Virus record (IMG/VR): IMGVR_UViG_3300009509_000014
Coordinates: 1-64,000 of that record
Length of the DNA: 64,000 nt
Source of the DNA: a virus
Reading direction: 5' to 3' (one strand)
Both the position numbers and the translations under genes were made by a program. Below are positions 34,096 through 44,480 of this stretch, one piece after another. Within the stretch, counting starts at the first letter, position 1. Each line of letters begins with the position of its first letter. The notes below the pieces were generated by a model. That model ran no database searches. It was not told where the DNA came from and worked only from the letters and a program-made list of their open reading frames with translations.

Positions 34096-35548
34096 TGGAC
34101 ATAGTGGACATGAAATAAAAACAATAACCGTTAGTGAGTCAAAAGGCATTAAGGCTTTGTACTGCACCGACTGCAAGGAGATAATGACTTATCTCTTTGA
34201 CGTTGATAAGTGGACTATGGACGAAGCCAAGGAATGGGTTGAAAGCCATAAGTCTTATAATGGAGATGTTATGGATAAAAGATTAGATATGCGCTCGAAA
34301 GAGATAATTAACTCTAGGGTGCGATTCAAGTCTTATGGGACATTTTTGCCAAAGGGTGCAGGTGAAAGTGATACCGACGAAATGATGGTGCGTGGCTTTT
34401 TCACAAGCGACAAGATGGATGAGGTCGGTGACATTATCACTAAGGAGGCCACAGTTGGGGCTGTAGAAAAATGGCGTCAGTGGGGCAATATCAGAACCAT
34501 GCACAATAATCCGTCTGGTCGTATCGAAAAGATTGGTGAGGCTGACGGACTTGCGTGGAATGAAGTAATAACTGTACCTGTTGAGCAGAATACTAAAGAG
34601 CTTATTAAGGGTGGTGTTTTGAAGGCTTACTCCGTTGGCATTATACCAAGGGAGTACGAACTAAACCAGTCAGCCCTTGAGGCGATGGGCGATGACGCCG
34701 ATCCGTGGTTCTTCCCGCTGATAATCCACTCGTATGACATGGTGGAAATTTCTTACGTAGACCATCCAGCAAATTACGCTGCTACAATTCAAGAAATTGG
34801 AAGCGAGAAGTTCAGTAAAGGTATGTCCCATAGGAATGTGATTTTCAAAAATAGTGAAATTATGGGAGATATTGAAAATATGGACAAAGAAATTGAAGGC
34901 GCTGTCTCTGACGTAGAGGAAGAGGTAGCCGAAGAGGAAGTTATTGACAGCGCGGAGCAGGCCGTAGAGTCCAACGAAACTCCTGTTGAAAAAGAGGAGG
35001 AAGCTGGCAGCGCCTCTGATGTAGTTGCCGAAGAAGAAAAGGCAGATGATGCGTCAGAGGAAGAGACGGTAGAAAAGGCTGAAGAGGAAGATGTTGTTGA
35101 GAAAGAAGAAGAGGAGACCTTTGATGTCGCTTTGGCCGTAAGCGAAGTAAAGGACGCCCTTGGGAATCTTGAGGCTCGCGTATCTGGCCTAGCCGAATCA
35201 CTCGATCTGCTTGTAGACCGTGTTGTTGAAAGAATGCTTGATGCGATGTCCGCCAATTCGCCTGAGCCAGACGGCGAAGTAAGTGAAGAGGCGGTTGAAG
35301 GTGAAAAAGTTGGCAAGTTGTTTGACGAAGAAGAATTTGTCGAAAGGGTTGCCAATAAGGTTCTTGCTGGTCTAGTTGATGCACTTGTTCCGACCGCTGT
35401 ACGCTCTGCGAGAGTTATCGTAGATGAACCAGAAGATGAGGCTGTAAGTGTTGCAGACAAGACAAAGCAGTATATGGAAATGACGCCGCAAGAGCGTCGT
35501 GCAAGGATGAAAGAAGTTCTTGCTGAAAGTTTAACTAAGAATAAATAA
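34052..35548 (+). CDS. prohead protease fused to an acidic scaffold
   Basis: D.VGDII, RTMH, KAYSVG, EISYVDHPAN; Glu-rich C-terminal half. Confidence 0.88.
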   Translation: MPETTENYHRIPVSSGHSGHEIKTITVSESKGIKALYCTDCKEIMTYLFDVDKWTMDEAKEWVESHKSYNGDVMDKRLDMRSKEIINSRVRFKSYGTFLPKGAGESDTDEMMVRGFFTSDKMDEVGDIITKEATVGAVEKWRQWGNIRTMHNNPSGRIEKIGEADGLAWNEVITVPVEQNTKELIKGGVLKAYSVGIIPREYELNQSALEAMGDDADPWFFPLIIHSYDMVEISYVDHPANYAATIQEIGSEKFSKGMSHRNVIFKNSEIMGDIENMDKEIEGAVSDVEEEVAEEEVIDSAEQAVESNETPVEKEEEAGSASDVVAEEEKADDASEEETVEKAEEEDVVEKEEEETFDVALAVSEVKDALGNLEARVSGLAESLDLLVDRVVERMLDAMSANSPEPDGEVSEEAVEGEKVGKLFDEEEFVERVANKVLAGLVDALVPTAVRSARVIVDEPEDEAVSVADKTKQYMEMTPQERRARMKEVLAESLTKNK

Positions 35549-35562
35549 ACAGGTGGTGTATA

Positions 35563-36900
35563 ATGGATTATAAATCTGAACTGAAAAAGGCACTTACCGC
35601 AAGTTCTGCTAGCGGTACTGCGCTTATACCAGAAGACCTCGAACCTATGATCCGTGCCAACCTTCTAGAGCTTTCGCCATTGACGCGCATGGTTCCAGTT
35701 GTACGCGCAGACGGGAATATCCACAGGGTAGTTCGCCGTACAGCAAATAACACTGGCGCATGGTTTGAAGGTGAAATGACTGATGCTGGATATAACCAAA
35801 GCACTTATGCACGTAGATCAGTCGAAGTAAAGATTCTGCGCACACATGGGCAGGCATCTGACTTCGCAGTATCTGCTGCACGGTCATTTACGGATGTAAT
35901 GGCTGACGAAATTGAGTCAGCCACCGAAGGTCTGGCGGACCTATTCGAGTTCTCAACAATTTGGGGTCATAGTGATGATCTCAGCTTTACCGGAGACGCA
36001 TATCAGTACACTGGTCTTTACGGCTGGCTATTGAATGATTCTCCGACCAATAACGTCGTTGACGCAGATGGCACGATTACGCTGTCCGACCTTGACGACC
36101 TGCTTGATGTAACCATGCACAAGTACAGAAATGTACGTGATATGCAGTGGTTGTTCCTGATGTCTCCTCAAATGAATAGTAAGGTCACTGGACTGCAAAC
36201 ATTGATTCGCAGAGCAGTGCCGACTATCGGATTTGAGGGTGGTTTTGAGATGGAAACCTATCGTGGTGTTCCTATCCTCAAGAGTGGGTTTGTTCGCCCG
36301 TTGGGTACGACAACTTCGCCTGCTGTGACGGCAGCGGTTGCTGGTACTGGTGGTGGATTCGCCCTTGCTGACGGTCTGTATAGATACAAGATCGCCAGTA
36401 TCACACTTTACGGTGAGCAGGTGGCGGGAACCGCAGATAGCGACACCGTAACAACTGCAACGCACGATACTGTTGATTTGACATGGACTGCAGATGCAAC
36501 TGCAAAGCTGTATGCGGTTTATAGAACGCTTGCTGGCGAAGCGGATTCAGACGCAAACTATGACTTGATTGACGTTATCGCTGCAAAAACATATAACTCG
36601 GACGGTTCGGTAAATACAAATGTTGCCGCATATAGCGACACTGGGCTTACCGGATTGTCAAATATTCACCCGATGGCATCTGGCGACGAGACAATCTTCC
36701 TGGTTGGGCTTGGTCAACGTCAAGGGCTTTCACGCCCCGTGTTGATGCCAGAAGTCGGAGAGCCAATGGACTCGCTGGTGAATTATGTAACTCTGTCAGA
36801 GACGACAGATAGCCTGCAATTCAGGCTCAAGTCATATCATACTGTGCAGGTTCCGTGGGGTGAGCTTCACGGGGCAATTCGCCGTGTGACTGTAGCATAA
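35563..36900 (+). CDS. major capsid protein (HK97 fold) with Ig/FN3-like insertion
   Basis: ALIPEDLE N-arm; follows the protease; insertion YRYKIAS...VDLTWT...YAVYR...YSDTG. Confidence 0.88.
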   Translation: MDYKSELKKALTASSASGTALIPEDLEPMIRANLLELSPLTRMVPVVRADGNIHRVVRRTANNTGAWFEGEMTDAGYNQSTYARRSVEVKILRTHGQASDFAVSAARSFTDVMADEIESATEGLADLFEFSTIWGHSDDLSFTGDAYQYTGLYGWLLNDSPTNNVVDADGTITLSDLDDLLDVTMHKYRNVRDMQWLFLMSPQMNSKVTGLQTLIRRAVPTIGFEGGFEMETYRGVPILKSGFVRPLGTTTSPAVTAAVAGTGGGFALADGLYRYKIASITLYGEQVAGTADSDTVTTATHDTVDLTWTADATAKLYAVYRTLAGEADSDANYDLIDVIAAKTYNSDGSVNTNVAAYSDTGLTGLSNIHPMASGDETIFLVGLGQRQGLSRPVLMPEVGEPMDSLVNYVTLSETTDSLQFRLKSYHTVQVPWGELHGAIRRVTVA

Positions 36901-36932
36901 TAGTTGTTTGTTGTGCCTCCTATCCTAGAAAG

Positions 36933-36964
36933 CGCCCACCCACCTGCAGGTGGGTGGGCCTTTT
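36933..36964 (+). terminator. intrinsic terminator after capsid gene
   Basis: GCCCACCCACC-TGCA-GGTGGGTGGGC followed by CTTTT. Confidence 0.75.
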
Positions 36965-37000
36965 GGGTTATGGCGGCTACTAGAAGGGGATAGGAACAAT

Positions 37001-39196
37001 ATGAGTAAACTTGTTGTGAATTTCCAATCAATCCCTGGATTTGGTGAATCGCTTGTCGGAAACTCTGGCATGGAATATGCCTTTGTTATTGACCCGCCAG
37101 AAACGCCAGTATTCCCAGGTGCAAAAGTAATTGGAAGGACATATATGCCAGACAATGAGGCGAATGCCCTTGTGGCTCAAGGAGCAACTGGCGCGGAACA
37201 ATGGTTTAATAGATGGCTGCCTGTATATGAATCAAGATCGTATGTATACGCATGGGAGTCGCCAAATGAACCTCATCCAATGTGGGAGTCATCATTCAGG
37301 GTTGCCTTAAAGGAATTCCTTATAAGGTGGAGTGAGCTAATGCACTCGCGGGGATGGAAAACTGTTGGTGGATGCTTCAGTGTTGGGTGGCCCAATGTTG
37401 GGGATGCGAAAGACATTGGCTCTGGACTAGCAGCGTGTGATTTCTGGTCGGTTCATGAATATAGTGCGCCTGCCATGTGGGATAGTCAAACGTGGCTGTG
37501 CCTAAGATATCGCAGAACTGTTGCTGAGTTGATTGCTGCTGGATTCCCAGTTAGGCCATTGATTATAACAGAGTGCGGAATAGATGGCGGTGTAATTAGC
37601 CAAGAGTTTGCAAGAACTGGGTATAAAACATTTACCGTTGGCAATCAAGATGAAAAAGAGACACAGTATATGGAACAGTTGGCATGGTATGACGGCGAAC
37701 TGATGAAAGACGATTATGTAATGGCGGCGGCAATCTTTGTCGCAGGTCCAAATATGGACTGGATGGATTTTGAAGTTACAGAGACGTTGGGAGACAAGTT
37801 GACAGCTTATAGGCTTAGCCATGAAAACCCTGAGCCAGAGCCAGGGCCAGAAGTCAATAAGGCAAATGGCGTAGATGTAAGCCGATGGCAGGGAGACATC
37901 AATTGGGACAAGGTGAAGGCTGCAGGTTATTCTTTTGCCATTATCAGGGCTTCTGGTCCCAATGATGACAAGACTGCAGTTGTTACTGATCCGTACTTTG
38001 TTGCAAATTATGAACATGCAAGGTCCGCTGGACTTCTTATTGGCGCATATCATGGGCTGCAGGATGGATTCGCTGGACAGGCGTTGCTGTTTGTGAACTC
38101 TGTCGGAGATAGACCTCTTGATCTTGGATACTTTGCAGACCTTGAGGTTAGCACGTTGACAGATGAGAAATGTTTACAGCACGTTAACGCCGTTGACGCT
38201 AGATTGATAGAACGATTTGGGTGGGCAGAAGGTAAGTATTGTAATATATACACAAGTCCAGGATTTATGTCTGGAAGGGATACAGCGTTTGCCGAAGGCA
38301 GAGGATTATGGCTTGCCCATTGGACGGAAGATGAAAGTGATATAATCATCCCTGAGCCTTGGGACAATTGGGAATTTTGGCAATACAAGGTTGGGGATGC
38401 TGGAACTGTTGACGGTATTAGTACAAGAATTGACTTGGACTATTTTAACGGAACTGAGGAAGAACTTTATGATAAATATAGGCCAGATGATAATAATGGA
38501 GGCACAGATATGGAGTTGAAGATATGGGGGTTGGCCGAAGACGGCGTAACCTATGTTGAAAAGGATTGGGATTGGGTCGCTACCCGTTATGGAGTGAAGA
38601 TGGTTAGTGCCGATCCTCCAAAAGGGGAAACGGTCTTTCGTTTAACAGAGATTCGTCAAAAGGTTGGCCCTGCTGGATTTACAATTAAGGTTGTAGATGA
38701 AGCTGGACAGCCGATGAAGGGTGTTGCCGTTATCCAGGGATGGAAGGATGGTAATCTATTGGCTCCGCAAGATGCACCTAGAATAAGTGCAACTGTATGG
38801 GGGCAGCCGTTTGGACTGCCAAATAATGGTGGCGGCGGAATGACTGACGTTAATGGAGTTTACGGTTGGGGTTGGGGGTCTGGCGAACAATACGACCCTA
38901 CCGGAGAATGGGGTGAGGACAAGAAGGTTGGCCCTCACTGGTATTGGGTTCTCCCAGGCGGGAATGAGGTTTACAGTGATGTATTCGCGTTTATCGGATG
39001 GTTACTTGGAACAGATCACGATACCGTGACACTGACTTATACATGTACGATTGCCGACGATGGTGGAGATCCTGTTGATCCAGAGGAGCCAACAGATGGC
39101 GATCTTGGGGAAGTAGTCGCAGAGCTAAAGCGAATTGCCGCCGCCCTTGAAGGCATAGCTGGCAAATTCCCAAAATGGGATGTGTCTTATGATTAA
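37001..39196 (+). CDS. multidomain cell-wall hydrolase/endolysin: GH-A-like barrel + GH25 muramidase + beta-sandwich
   Basis: PNEP, VHEY, ITECG; GVDVSRWQG...GAYH...DLE...FWQY...IDLDYFNG. Confidence 0.82.
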   Translation: MSKLVVNFQSIPGFGESLVGNSGMEYAFVIDPPETPVFPGAKVIGRTYMPDNEANALVAQGATGAEQWFNRWLPVYESRSYVYAWESPNEPHPMWESSFRVALKEFLIRWSELMHSRGWKTVGGCFSVGWPNVGDAKDIGSGLAACDFWSVHEYSAPAMWDSQTWLCLRYRRTVAELIAAGFPVRPLIITECGIDGGVISQEFARTGYKTFTVGNQDEKETQYMEQLAWYDGELMKDDYVMAAAIFVAGPNMDWMDFEVTETLGDKLTAYRLSHENPEPEPGPEVNKANGVDVSRWQGDINWDKVKAAGYSFAIIRASGPNDDKTAVVTDPYFVANYEHARSAGLLIGAYHGLQDGFAGQALLFVNSVGDRPLDLGYFADLEVSTLTDEKCLQHVNAVDARLIERFGWAEGKYCNIYTSPGFMSGRDTAFAEGRGLWLAHWTEDESDIIIPEPWDNWEFWQYKVGDAGTVDGISTRIDLDYFNGTEEELYDKYRPDDNNGGTDMELKIWGLAEDGVTYVEKDWDWVATRYGVKMVSADPPKGETVFRLTEIRQKVGPAGFTIKVVDEAGQPMKGVAVIQGWKDGNLLAPQDAPRISATVWGQPFGLPNNGGGGMTDVNGVYGWGWGSGEQYDPTGEWGEDKKVGPHWYWVLPGGNEVYSDVFAFIGWLLGTDHDTVTLTYTCTIADDGGDPVDPEEPTDGDLGEVVAELKRIAAALEGIAGKFPKWDVSYD

Positions 39197-39377
39197 GAAA
39201 TTAGTAATTGTTGTTCTGGTGTTTTTGATTTTGTTTGTCGCTGTTACCCCCGTCCTTGCTGGCGGAGACAAGGTACATGGTGACAAGGCCAAGGGACCTG
39301 CGTCACAGAATGGCGATTGCCCATTTGGGCATGAAGATGCTAATATGTTCCATGCAGGTGATGGGCCACATAATTAA
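39189..39377 (+). CDS. small secreted peptide
   Basis: KK + hydrophobic stretch + VLA signal peptidase I site. Confidence 0.55.
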   Translation: MIKKLVIVVLVFLILFVAVTPVLAGGDKVHGDKAKGPASQNGDCPFGHEDANMFHAGDGPHN

Positions 39378-39387
39378 TAATATGGGT

Positions 39388-39416
39388 TTGACCGAATTGC
39401 CCATATGTGGTAATAT
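39388..39416 (+). promoter_or_regulatory. sigma70-type promoter
   Basis: TTGACC-17-TAATAT with extended TG. Confidence 0.55.
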
Positions 39417-39471
39417 ATAAAAAGAATCACTATCTCTAGGTCAGGGATTTGTGAATAACGGAGGAATCTAA

Positions 39472-39957
39472 ATGGCTGCAACTGTAACGATTAGAGTAAA
39501 TACAGGAGCTAGCGCAGGCACGCAGTCGGGTGCGGTTAGTGGTATTGACCTTATTAGTGCTGATAATGCAACTAATTCGACAACCAATAGACAAACATAT
39601 CCGATTACTGCAGGCGGGAAATCATACGAAAAGTGGATTACGGCAAGGGTTGATGTCGCTCCAGATAACTATGTGAACAACTTTGAGTTGTGGGGAGATG
39701 GTGCGGTTCAGTCGTCAACGGCATTGTATGTCGGAAAGACTGCTTCCGGTGTAACGCCTACTAATTCAGACAGCACGGTTGCCACGAACGCTTGGACTGG
39801 TTATCTAACTGGATCGAGATTCGCATGGCACGCAACGAATATGACTGGAATTGGTAGCGTGACTGACTTTGCGGTATTCCAGCTTGACGTGAACGCAGAT
39901 GCTGCTGCTGGTAACTGGACTCAGGAAACTATTAACTATAGTTTCGATGAGGCTTAA
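39472..39957 (+). CDS. beta-rich virion structural protein (fibre or decoration subunit)
   Basis: A/T/G/S/N-rich all-beta pattern; GGAGGA SD; own promoter and downstream hairpin. Confidence 0.65.
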   Translation: MAATVTIRVNTGASAGTQSGAVSGIDLISADNATNSTTNRQTYPITAGGKSYEKWITARVDVAPDNYVNNFELWGDGAVQSSTALYVGKTASGVTPTNSDSTVATNAWTGYLTGSRFAWHATNMTGIGSVTDFAVFQLDVNADAAAGNWTQETINYSFDEA

Positions 39958-40031
39958 GTGTAGTGTGCGGGGGAGAGGATATACCCTCTCCTCTGCCAAT
40001 GTTATAAAAATATAGGATAGGATATGGAGGC

Positions 40032-41492
40032 ATGATGGGCAAGGCTGTTTTTGTTGTAGGTACTGGAAGGTCTGGCACGTCTATGCTTGCTGGTATGCTC
40101 CACAAGCTAGGTGTGTATATGGGCGACGAATTTGCAAAGGCAGAGCAAACGTGGCTTCATAAGGACTTTTTTGGGACGTATGAAGAAAGAGAGATTTTCG
40201 ACTTCCATAGATCGATGAAGCCTTGGGACGATCTTGGCGAATGGATCGATGGATATATTGCAAAAAGAAGTGAGGGTCACGATCTGTGGGGTGTGAAAGA
40301 CCCTGTGCTGGTAAGGTCATTCCCGTACTTTACAGAGCGAGTTGACGGAGATGTTAAAGTCATTGTCGCAAGGCGGAATAAAATCCCAACAATTAGCTCA
40401 TATGTATATGCGTATCATTCCAAGCTTGGCGACGCACAAGATTGGTACAAAAGGGAAACTGGCTATCTTAAAGAATCGCTAGAGAAGTATGATGGCACAA
40501 TTCTGTATGTTGATTACGACGATCTTTTTGAGAATCCAAGAAGAGAGTTGTCTAGGGTTATAGAGTATGTGTTTGACGGAGAGAGCGTAGATCAGGGACT
40601 TGTAGAATATGCAATCTCTCACGTAAATGTAAAGGGTCGAAGATTTGACCGTGACGGAAAATGGCTTGGGGGTATTAGCAAGCCAGTTGACGGATGGGGA
40701 AATGTTGCCATAGGCGTTAGGGTCGCAAAGTATCCTGAGTATCATTTCTTTAACAGTTGGACAAAGCTATTAACCGGAGGCGTTCGTGGTGGAGATACTG
40801 TTTTAATGCCTGCTGGCTGGATGCCTGCCCATTGGGCTTCAAACGCCTTGGCTAGAGACTTTCTTAGAACAAACAAAGATAGTCTCCTGATGATTGACGA
40901 CGACATGGTATTTGAACAAGATGACCTGGAAAGGTTGAGGACAAATATCAAGAATTACGACTACGATGTTATATCTGGCTTTTGCACTCATAGAAGATGG
41001 CCACCAAAGCCTATCGTTATGAGGGAAATGGAAGTGCAACCAGAGGAGCCATATTCCCTGTATGGCAGATCATACGAATATGTACACGATGAGATCAAGG
41101 ATGGAGACATTGTTGATGTTGACGCAACAGGTCTTGCGTTTACGCTTATCAAGCGTTATGTTTTAGAGTCTATGACCGAAGAGTATGGGCCTATGTTTAC
41201 ATCATATTTCTCATACGGCAAAGGTGTAGAATCTGATGATATACCATTTGCTCAGAAGGTAAAAGAGCTAGGTTTTAAGATTGGGATAGATACGTCTGTG
41301 AAGATTGGGCATATCGGGCAGGCTGTGTTTGGATGGGGTGATTATAAGCAGTGGATGCGCGAACATAACTCACCCAATGTTGTAGAATTTAACGCTGGAG
41401 ATCTTGTTCCGATCCTTGAGGAGGCGATCCCTCTTCTTGGCAAGAATAAAAATGCAGCCCAAAATGTATTAAAGTGGATAGGCGGCGAATAG
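40032..41492 (+). CDS. sulfotransferase - glycosyltransferase (GT-A) fusion
   Basis: N-terminal GTGRSGTSMLA...WGVKDP; C-terminal LLMIDDDM, VDATGLAFTLI, SDDI.F...G.KI..DTS...GH. Confidence 0.85.
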   Translation: MMGKAVFVVGTGRSGTSMLAGMLHKLGVYMGDEFAKAEQTWLHKDFFGTYEEREIFDFHRSMKPWDDLGEWIDGYIAKRSEGHDLWGVKDPVLVRSFPYFTERVDGDVKVIVARRNKIPTISSYVYAYHSKLGDAQDWYKRETGYLKESLEKYDGTILYVDYDDLFENPRRELSRVIEYVFDGESVDQGLVEYAISHVNVKGRRFDRDGKWLGGISKPVDGWGNVAIGVRVAKYPEYHFFNSWTKLLTGGVRGGDTVLMPAGWMPAHWASNALARDFLRTNKDSLLMIDDDMVFEQDDLERLRTNIKNYDYDVISGFCTHRRWPPKPIVMREMEVQPEEPYSLYGRSYEYVHDEIKDGDIVDVDATGLAFTLIKRYVLESMTEEYGPMFTSYFSYGKGVESDDIPFAQKVKELGFKIGIDTSVKIGHIGQAVFGWGDYKQWMREHNSPNVVEFNAGDLVPILEEAIPLLGKNKNAAQNVLKWIGGE

Positions 41493-41917
41493 TGACAACA
41501 CCGGAGTTTTTGTACAAAATTATACTAATAGAAGATGGAGTTACCAGTGCTGTTATAGATTGGGGAAACGAACCTGGGTGGATTGACAAATATAAGGCCG
41601 AGCTTGAACGCGCAACTAGAATTTGGCTTGTGCCAAAGGCTAACGGGTCGCCACTAAGAAGTGTTTCGGTCAAGCTTGACAATGACAAAAGGTGGATTCT
41701 TTTTAGTCGTGTGTATGGGAAAAGCGATCTTGGCTTTGGGCATCTGGTAAGAATATATGCCCTTGGTTGGCAAGACACGCGAGATAAAATTAACAGAAAG
41801 AGCATGATGTGGATTTATCCAAGTGGTGAGGTTGAGATAGCAGAAGAACCTTCATTTGGCCCGTTACTTTTGAATATTGCAGACGGGATAATAAAGTCTC
41901 ACAGCAGGAGTGGTTAA
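41492..41917 (+). CDS. hypothetical protein
   Basis: Coupled ORF (TAGTG). Confidence 0.65.
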   Translation: MTTPEFLYKIILIEDGVTSAVIDWGNEPGWIDKYKAELERATRIWLVPKANGSPLRSVSVKLDNDKRWILFSRVYGKSDLGFGHLVRIYALGWQDTRDKINRKSMMWIYPSGEVEIAEEPSFGPLLLNIADGIIKSHSRSG

Positions 41918-42210
41918 TGTATGACGATAGATGCTTCGGTCCTGGTGAGCGATTTGCTTTCACACTCTTTATGGGGGTTTTTGGGGTTGCCATTAGCCTT
42001 CTGGTTGACGTGGATCATATCGTCGCAATTATTGAACATTGTGGCTGGCCGCTTACAATTTTCAAGCTCTTGGCCTGCACGTCGGGTAGGCCGTATCATT
42101 GGCCTTCTGTCATTATCAGTGGCGGTGTTCTTGGTATTGCTATTACACTCTTTGCAGGATTTTTATTGGGGGCCGTTGTTTCACGTTACCGTAGTAATAA
42201 AGTAAGTTAA
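41917..42210 (+). CDS. small membrane protein (YdjM-like D.DH motif)
   Basis: TM segments, LLVDVDH, GR..H. Confidence 0.55.
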   Translation: MYDDRCFGPGERFAFTLFMGVFGVAISLLVDVDHIVAIIEHCGWPLTIFKLLACTSGRPYHWPSVIISGGVLGIAITLFAGFLLGAVVSRYRSNKVS

Positions 42211-42286
42211 TAAAAATATAACCGCCGCAATTCAATGCTGGCTCTCCGTATCCCTCAATACAATGAATAGGGATATCGTTGCATAC

Positions 42287-42319
42287 ACAGCCAGGGTTGA
42301 CTCCTGGCTGTTTTATTTT
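42287..42319 (+). terminator. intrinsic terminator
   Basis: ACAGCCAGG-GTTGACT-CCTGGCTGT followed by a T-rich run. Confidence 0.75.
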
Positions 42320-42329
42320 ATGGAGAATT

Positions 42330-42662
42330 ATGGCACAGACACTTACGCTTCAATTTGCATCGTTTGGTGATGGACAGGTTGTTATTGAATATGACATACG
42401 CGATAACAATTGGACCGTCACGCAGTTGCGCTGCATAAACAATAGTCAATACCCCGCCATTGGCAGTATATACGAGGCGGGAGAACTTGTGTTCACCGCT
42501 GTAGCACCTCCAAATCAGACTACAAGCTGGAACATGGTTGGTATTCAACTTAGCTGGCAACCTGACTATTGGAATGATATTACTGAAACATGGGAGCCTA
42601 GTGGGATTGAGATGGGCGACTATGTATTCGTGGCTACATGGCCCTGGACATCGGAGACATAG
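42330..42662 (+). CDS. hypothetical beta-rich protein
   Basis: GGAG SD before ATG 42330. Confidence 0.65.
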   Translation: MAQTLTLQFASFGDGQVVIEYDIRDNNWTVTQLRCINNSQYPAIGSIYEAGELVFTAVAPPNQTTSWNMVGIQLSWQPDYWNDITETWEPSGIEMGDYVFVATWPWTSET

Positions 42663-42665
42663 CGC

Positions 42666-44480
42666 ATGGCGATAACAATAACTCCCTGGGGAACGGCAAA
42701 CGATTATAAGTCAAGCTCATATCTCACTTCTGGAAGTACAATCTTGTGGAGTAGCTTTGAGGTTGGCGATGTCATTGTTGTTGCGCTGGCCGACGATCAG
42801 TTAACTGCGTCAAGCGCTGTACAATGTTCGCGAGACAACACAAATTGGGATAGTGCTGGCAATCCAAGTGTAATTTCGACCGCAAGCAACACTGGTAATG
42901 TTATTTGTTCTATTGGTTATGTAGTAATAAACCAAACAGCTTATGACAATATAGAAGCGGGGTCTTCTGGAACAAATCTATACATTAGACAGTTAAACAA
43001 CAGTGCAACGGCAAGCGCAGTTGCGTTTTATCACATCAAGGGACTAGAGTCCTCCCCACATGACAAGTCTGGAAATACCACAGGTTCAGGAACTACGCAC
43101 TCTGCTGGATATACAGGAACTTTGTCGCGGTATACCCAAATCGTTATTGCCGCTATTGGTTCAGAACATAAAATAACAGAGCTTGCTGGAAGCTGGACTT
43201 CTGGAGGTCCATATGTTTCTGGGAACGAGCTAAGTGACGGAACCAATGCCAATGGTTCTACGGCAAACCAAACGATAAGAACTGCTGCCAAGACTGTAAC
43301 CTGGCTCACCGGAATGTATGGTGAGATAACCAGTGAGGGTTCCTCTGATTACGCTGGTTGTATTGCGTCATTTAAGGCTGAACTTGCAACAACGGAGTCA
43401 TCGGTAACGGCAGATGCATATATATCCACTGGCGGAACAACAGAGGATTCGGTTACAGCCGATGCTATTATTGAGAAATCTATAAGTCAGTCTGTTAATG
43501 CAAAGGCGGTAGTGGAAAAGTCTATTCCGCAATCTGTGATCGCAGACGCCTTAATAGTCAAGACTACAAGTGATTCCATTACTGCCAGTGCGGTCATATT
43601 TAAGACGACTGAGCAGTCAATTACTGCTGATTCTGTTGTACAAAAAAGCATATCACAGTCCATATCTGCCGATGCGTCAATTGTGTCTACCGTAGAAGAT
43701 TCTTTTGTCATCGACGCGACAATATTTAAGTCTACGCAACAGGCTGTTAGCGCAGACGCTATTGTAAAAAAGGCTTTGTCGGGTTCTTTTAGCGCAGACG
43801 CCTCTATCTCAAATTATATAGAACAAGACTTTACCGCCGATGCAACAATAAAGAGGTCCACGGAGTCATCATTTACCGCAGGAGCGACTGTTACAAGGTC
43901 TATAGAGTCTTCTATAAGTGTTGATGCCATTGTTGCAAAGGCTTTTGAGGATTCCATACTTGCCGACGCGACAATTTTCAAGGCTTCGTCTGGCTCTGTA
44001 GCCGCAGATGCAATAGTATTGGCAAGTAACAGTGGCTCTATAACTGCCAACGCAACGATTGTAATTACAAACCCTGGAAGTATTACTGCTGATGCCGTTG
44101 TGGAAAAGTACACAACTGGTTCTGTCGCTGTAGACGCTACAATTGTTGAGGTAGGGAATCCAGTGTGGGTGTCTCCAGCCGACACTGTTCCAATTAGCTC
44201 TACGCCTATATTGGTATTCCAGATGCCAGAGTCTACAGGTAATATGCATTTTCACATGCAACTTGACACGGCGAATACATTTGATACTGGTGACTTGCGT
44301 GAGTATAAAACCAGCGAGAGTCAAACGAATTGGGAGTACTGGAATGGAAGTGATTGGGTTGCTGTTCCGTCTGGAGGAGTATCTAATGTGTACTCTGGAA
44401 ATAACTGTCGCTATACTGTAACAACTCCTTTATCGGCTACTACATGGTATAGGCGTGTTAGGGGAGGGTTGGTGCCATGA
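42666..44480 (+). CDS. 14-aa-repeat fibre-like protein 1 (18 repeats)
   Basis: S[VI]xADA[IV][IV]-x6 repeats; C-terminal domain shared with protein 2. Confidence 0.75.
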   Translation: MAITITPWGTANDYKSSSYLTSGSTILWSSFEVGDVIVVALADDQLTASSAVQCSRDNTNWDSAGNPSVISTASNTGNVICSIGYVVINQTAYDNIEAGSSGTNLYIRQLNNSATASAVAFYHIKGLESSPHDKSGNTTGSGTTHSAGYTGTLSRYTQIVIAAIGSEHKITELAGSWTSGGPYVSGNELSDGTNANGSTANQTIRTAAKTVTWLTGMYGEITSEGSSDYAGCIASFKAELATTESSVTADAYISTGGTTEDSVTADAIIEKSISQSVNAKAVVEKSIPQSVIADALIVKTTSDSITASAVIFKTTEQSITADSVVQKSISQSISADASIVSTVEDSFVIDATIFKSTQQAVSADAIVKKALSGSFSADASISNYIEQDFTADATIKRSTESSFTAGATVTRSIESSISVDAIVAKAFEDSILADATIFKASSGSVAADAIVLASNSGSITANATIVITNPGSITADAVVEKYTTGSVAVDATIVEVGNPVWVSPADTVPISSTPILVFQMPESTGNMHFHMQLDTANTFDTGDLREYKTSESQTNWEYWNGSDWVAVPSGGVSNVYSGNNCRYTVTTPLSATTWYRRVRGGLVP

